Part shown: positions 33,200-35,400 of the stretch, in pieces | Layout of the letters: each line of letters starts with the position of its first letter | Position numbering within the stretch: the stretch's first letter is position 1 | From: a virus | Taxonomy: Duplodnaviria > Caudoviricetes | IMG/VR virus record: IMGVR_UViG_3300038318_000223 | Location: 1 to 35,400 of that record | Reading direction: 5' to 3' (one strand) | Length of the DNA: 35,400 bases | Program-made: the position numbers and the translations under genes | Notes under the pieces: generated by a model | What the model was told of the DNA's origin: nothing | The model's database searches: none | What the model saw: only the letters and a program-made list of their open reading frames with translations

Positions 33200-33511
33200 A
33201 TGGCAATTAATACTAATTCAGAATATCTTTTTGCTTCCCTTTCGAGATTCAATGTAAACTCGAATGATATTGACGTTATGTTACTCGAAGCAGGGCTTGA
33301 CGGCTCTGCTTCAGTTGACATAGCAGCTTGTAAAGAAGCTATCTATAATGGCATTTCAAAGGTTATACCACTTTCAAATGTTTCCGAAGGTGGCTATTCT
33401 ATTACATGGAACATGGAAGCAGTTAAAATATACTATGCTCAACTCTGTAAAGAGTTAGGCAAAGAGAATGTTTTACAGCCAATTGTACGCGATAAATCAA
33501 ATCTTTGGTAA
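33200..33511 (+). CDS. Head-tail adaptor protein
   Basis: NVSEGGYSITW and D.SNLW motifs; follows MCP. Confidence 0.7.
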   Translation: MAINTNSEYLFASLSRFNVNSNDIDVMLLEAGLDGSASVDIAACKEAIYNGISKVIPLSNVSEGGYSITWNMEAVKIYYAQLCKELGKENVLQPIVRDKSNLW

Positions 33512-33513
33512 TC

Positions 33514-33837
33514 ATGAAACAATATCCTCATTTTCTTTTTATGGTAAGTGCAATCGAAACCGGAAGGGATTCAAAAGGGAACTATATTGAACCTACTAAA
33601 TCTACTGTTTTTTTGTCTGAATGTCGCGAGGAAACAAACGGCAAAGGACGGCAGATAACAAAAGGTGGGCAATTCATTATATTTTCCTCTTTAATTCAAT
33701 TACCGATTTCCTGTACTCCTATAAAAGAAGGTACTAAAGTGTTTGTTTCAAATGATTCCATAGGGATTGATAAAAGAATTGAAGGAATAGTATTGAAATT
33801 CGATAAAGGACAACTACATAATCGTTTATGGATATGA
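33514..33837 (+). CDS. Head closure (stopper) protein
   Basis: RDSKGNY, CR.E, RLWI; synteny. Confidence 0.65.
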   Translation: MKQYPHFLFMVSAIETGRDSKGNYIEPTKSTVFLSECREETNGKGRQITKGGQFIIFSSLIQLPISCTPIKEGTKVFVSNDSIGIDKRIEGIVLKFDKGQLHNRLWI

Positions 33838-34247
33838 TAAGCACTTTTGATATAGAAACAATTATTTATGATGTTTTAAATGTAGCATCATTGAAAAATA
33901 TTATATCGGGAGACGTTTATAAATCTGATGATAGACCTTTGAATTCCGATAAAGAGGATATTGAAATCAATACTATTGCTTTAACGCAAGAACCATATCC
34001 ACAACAAGGAATAAGTAATATCAATATTTATGTTCCGGATATGGAAGTATCAATTGACGGCAAACAGCAGTTAAAAGCCAATAAAGCGAGATTGAAAACA
34101 ATATCTGATAAGGTAAAAGAATTGATTTTATCATATAGAAAAGTATGTTTTATGATTGACCTTGAAAATATTGTAAATGATACTGATATTAAACAGCACT
34201 TTGTCAATATAAGATTATCTTATAGTTATTACGAAAAAACAATTTAG
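33828..34247 (+). CDS. Tail terminator protein
   Basis: GDVY...RP..S.KEDI, NINIYVPD; precedes the tail tube gene. Confidence 0.65.
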   Translation: MDMISTFDIETIIYDVLNVASLKNIISGDVYKSDDRPLNSDKEDIEINTIALTQEPYPQQGISNINIYVPDMEVSIDGKQQLKANKARLKTISDKVKELILSYRKVCFMIDLENIVNDTDIKQHFVNIRLSYSYYEKTI

Positions 34248-34269
34248 AAATTTTTAAAAAAAACTACTT

Positions 34270-34785
34270 ATGGCAGCAAAATTAATTACACTTGGTTTAA
34301 CCAAGATTGAAATTGGAGATATACTCACTGATGGCAGTATGGGAACCTCTTTAACACAAATAGGATATACCGATAGAGATTCATGCGTATTTGCTTCTGA
34401 AGACCCGCAGGAAACGGAAATTGAAGTGGAGGAAGTGGATGATGCAATTGATATTATCATTAGAGGAGGAAAGAAGACGTTGAAATTCACGTTAGCAGAC
34501 CCTGATGAAGCCGCATTGGCTTTGTTAATGGGAGGTACAGCAGTTACAACGACCGGATCAGAATCTTATACTGCTCCTGATACATTTCCTATCCTCGAAA
34601 AGAGTATAAAAGTAACTCCAAGCAAAGGCCTTATTTTAAGCATTCCGAGAGCAAGAATAGTCGCTAAATGGAATGGAGCCTTCTCCAAGTCAACTAACTT
34701 TAAGGTAGATGTTGTAGCTACTGTTATGACACCTACTAAATCAGGATTAGCACCATTCTCGACTACGCGAGTTTCTACTACTTAG
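34270..34785 (+). CDS. Major tail tube protein
   Basis: 171 aa, GL..IEIG, IGYT, L.GG, IPRA; followed by a terminator and chaperone gene. Confidence 0.8.
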   Translation: MAAKLITLGLTKIEIGDILTDGSMGTSLTQIGYTDRDSCVFASEDPQETEIEVEEVDDAIDIIIRGGKKTLKFTLADPDEAALALLMGGTAVTTTGSESYTAPDTFPILEKSIKVTPSKGLILSIPRARIVAKWNGAFSKSTNFKVDVVATVMTPTKSGLAPFSTTRVSTT

Positions 34786-34819
34786 GCTTTCATTATTTTA
34801 CTTTACTTAATTGATGATG

Positions 34820-34850
34820 GTAGGCTGTTTTAAACGGCAGCCTACTTTTT
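34820..34850 (+). terminator. Intrinsic terminator after the tail tube gene
   Basis: GTAGGCTGTT-N6-GGCAGCCTAC-TTTTT. Confidence 0.85.
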
Positions 34851-34865
34851 AAAAAAGATAAAATT

Positions 34866-35381
34866 ATGGGAAAAAAATTAGAACAGGAAATAAATGAGCT
34901 AAACGTTTTAATTGATAAAGGAGTTGAATTTTCAGTTGCTTATAAAGTAATGGAAAGAAAACTTTTTAAAACTATCACTAAAAACGTATCAAAAATATTC
35001 ACGATAAAAGAACCTACTTTAGCCGTATTGGACTTGATTTCTTCTGAAAGCATTTTATTTGCCATTGATGAAAAAAAACTAAAATCTGATACAATTTCAG
35101 AAGGTAAAAGATTGATTATAAAGCACACAAAAGCAATGGCAAGAATAGTTGCTATTGCGGTACTTAATGAATCTTGTTTTGTTATGAAAAATAATAGATT
35201 CTCTATTGATAAAAAGAGTATTGACAAGCTTCAACACCTTTTTTATCATGCTATCAAACCAAGCGACTTATTTAAACTTTGCAATATAATTTATACTGTA
35301 GGGAACATCGGGGATTTTTTGAACTCTATGCGATTAGCGAGTGGAGCAGTAACGACGAAGAAAATCGACATAGAGGATTAG
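34866..35381 (+). CDS. Tail assembly chaperone (probable -1 frameshift extension)
   Basis: Position after the tail tube gene; T-TTT-TTG heptamer at 35315-35321 with the -1 frame open to the window end. Confidence 0.7.
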   Translation: MGKKLEQEINELNVLIDKGVEFSVAYKVMERKLFKTITKNVSKIFTIKEPTLAVLDLISSESILFAIDEKKLKSDTISEGKRLIIKHTKAMARIVAIAVLNESCFVMKNNRFSIDKKSIDKLQHLFYHAIKPSDLFKLCNIIYTVGNIGDFLNSMRLASGAVTTKKIDIED

Positions 35382-35400
35382 TAAGTCCTTTCGGACGGCG

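Noticed and set aside
978-35227. Numerous minus-strand and nested ORFs in the track
   Set aside because: They overlap well-supported + strand genes and have the F/L/I/S-rich composition of antisense A-rich coding DNA.
1-35400. Integrase, repressor or alternative genetic code
   Set aside because: No tyrosine/serine recombinase or clear CI motif was seen; long genes are intact under code 11 with TAA, TAG and TGA all used as stops.

Overview
An AT-rich segment of a tailed (siphovirus-type) phage or prophage of a Bacteroidota host, inferred from TAnnTTTG -7 promoter boxes and A-rich, SD-less translation starts. Essentially all genes are on the + strand. In order: the 3' end and right end of an IS200/IS605 tnpB; early genes, including a DUF3560-like gene and a nucleotidyltransferase followed by a 121-nt tRNA-like RNA; a recombination module (Sak4-like ATPase, PD-(D/E)XK nuclease, VRR-NUC, NinB-like); a hypervariable block (7.8-11.3 kb) punctuated by integron attC-like hairpins, several lying inside small chimeric ORFs; two copies of a promoter plus covarying structured leader RNA; replication (initiator with iteron-like repeats, DnaB); two DNA methyltransferases; accessory enzymes (lytic transglycosylase, radical SAM, GT9, SAM methyltransferases); a collapsed queD/folE locus next to a ParB-like gene and a glycosyltransferase; terminase (large subunit with intein), portal, MuF with an ART-like C-terminal extension, scaffold, capsid, head-tail joining, tail tube and tail chaperone genes. 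Best candidates for undescribed biology: (1) the attC-like cassette array that appears to shuffle Zn-binding C-terminal modules onto proteins, (2) the duplicated C4-like leader RNA with copy-specific long-range pairing, and (3) the NTase plus elongated tRNA-like RNA unit. All family assignments are from motif recognition by eye; no database searches were run.
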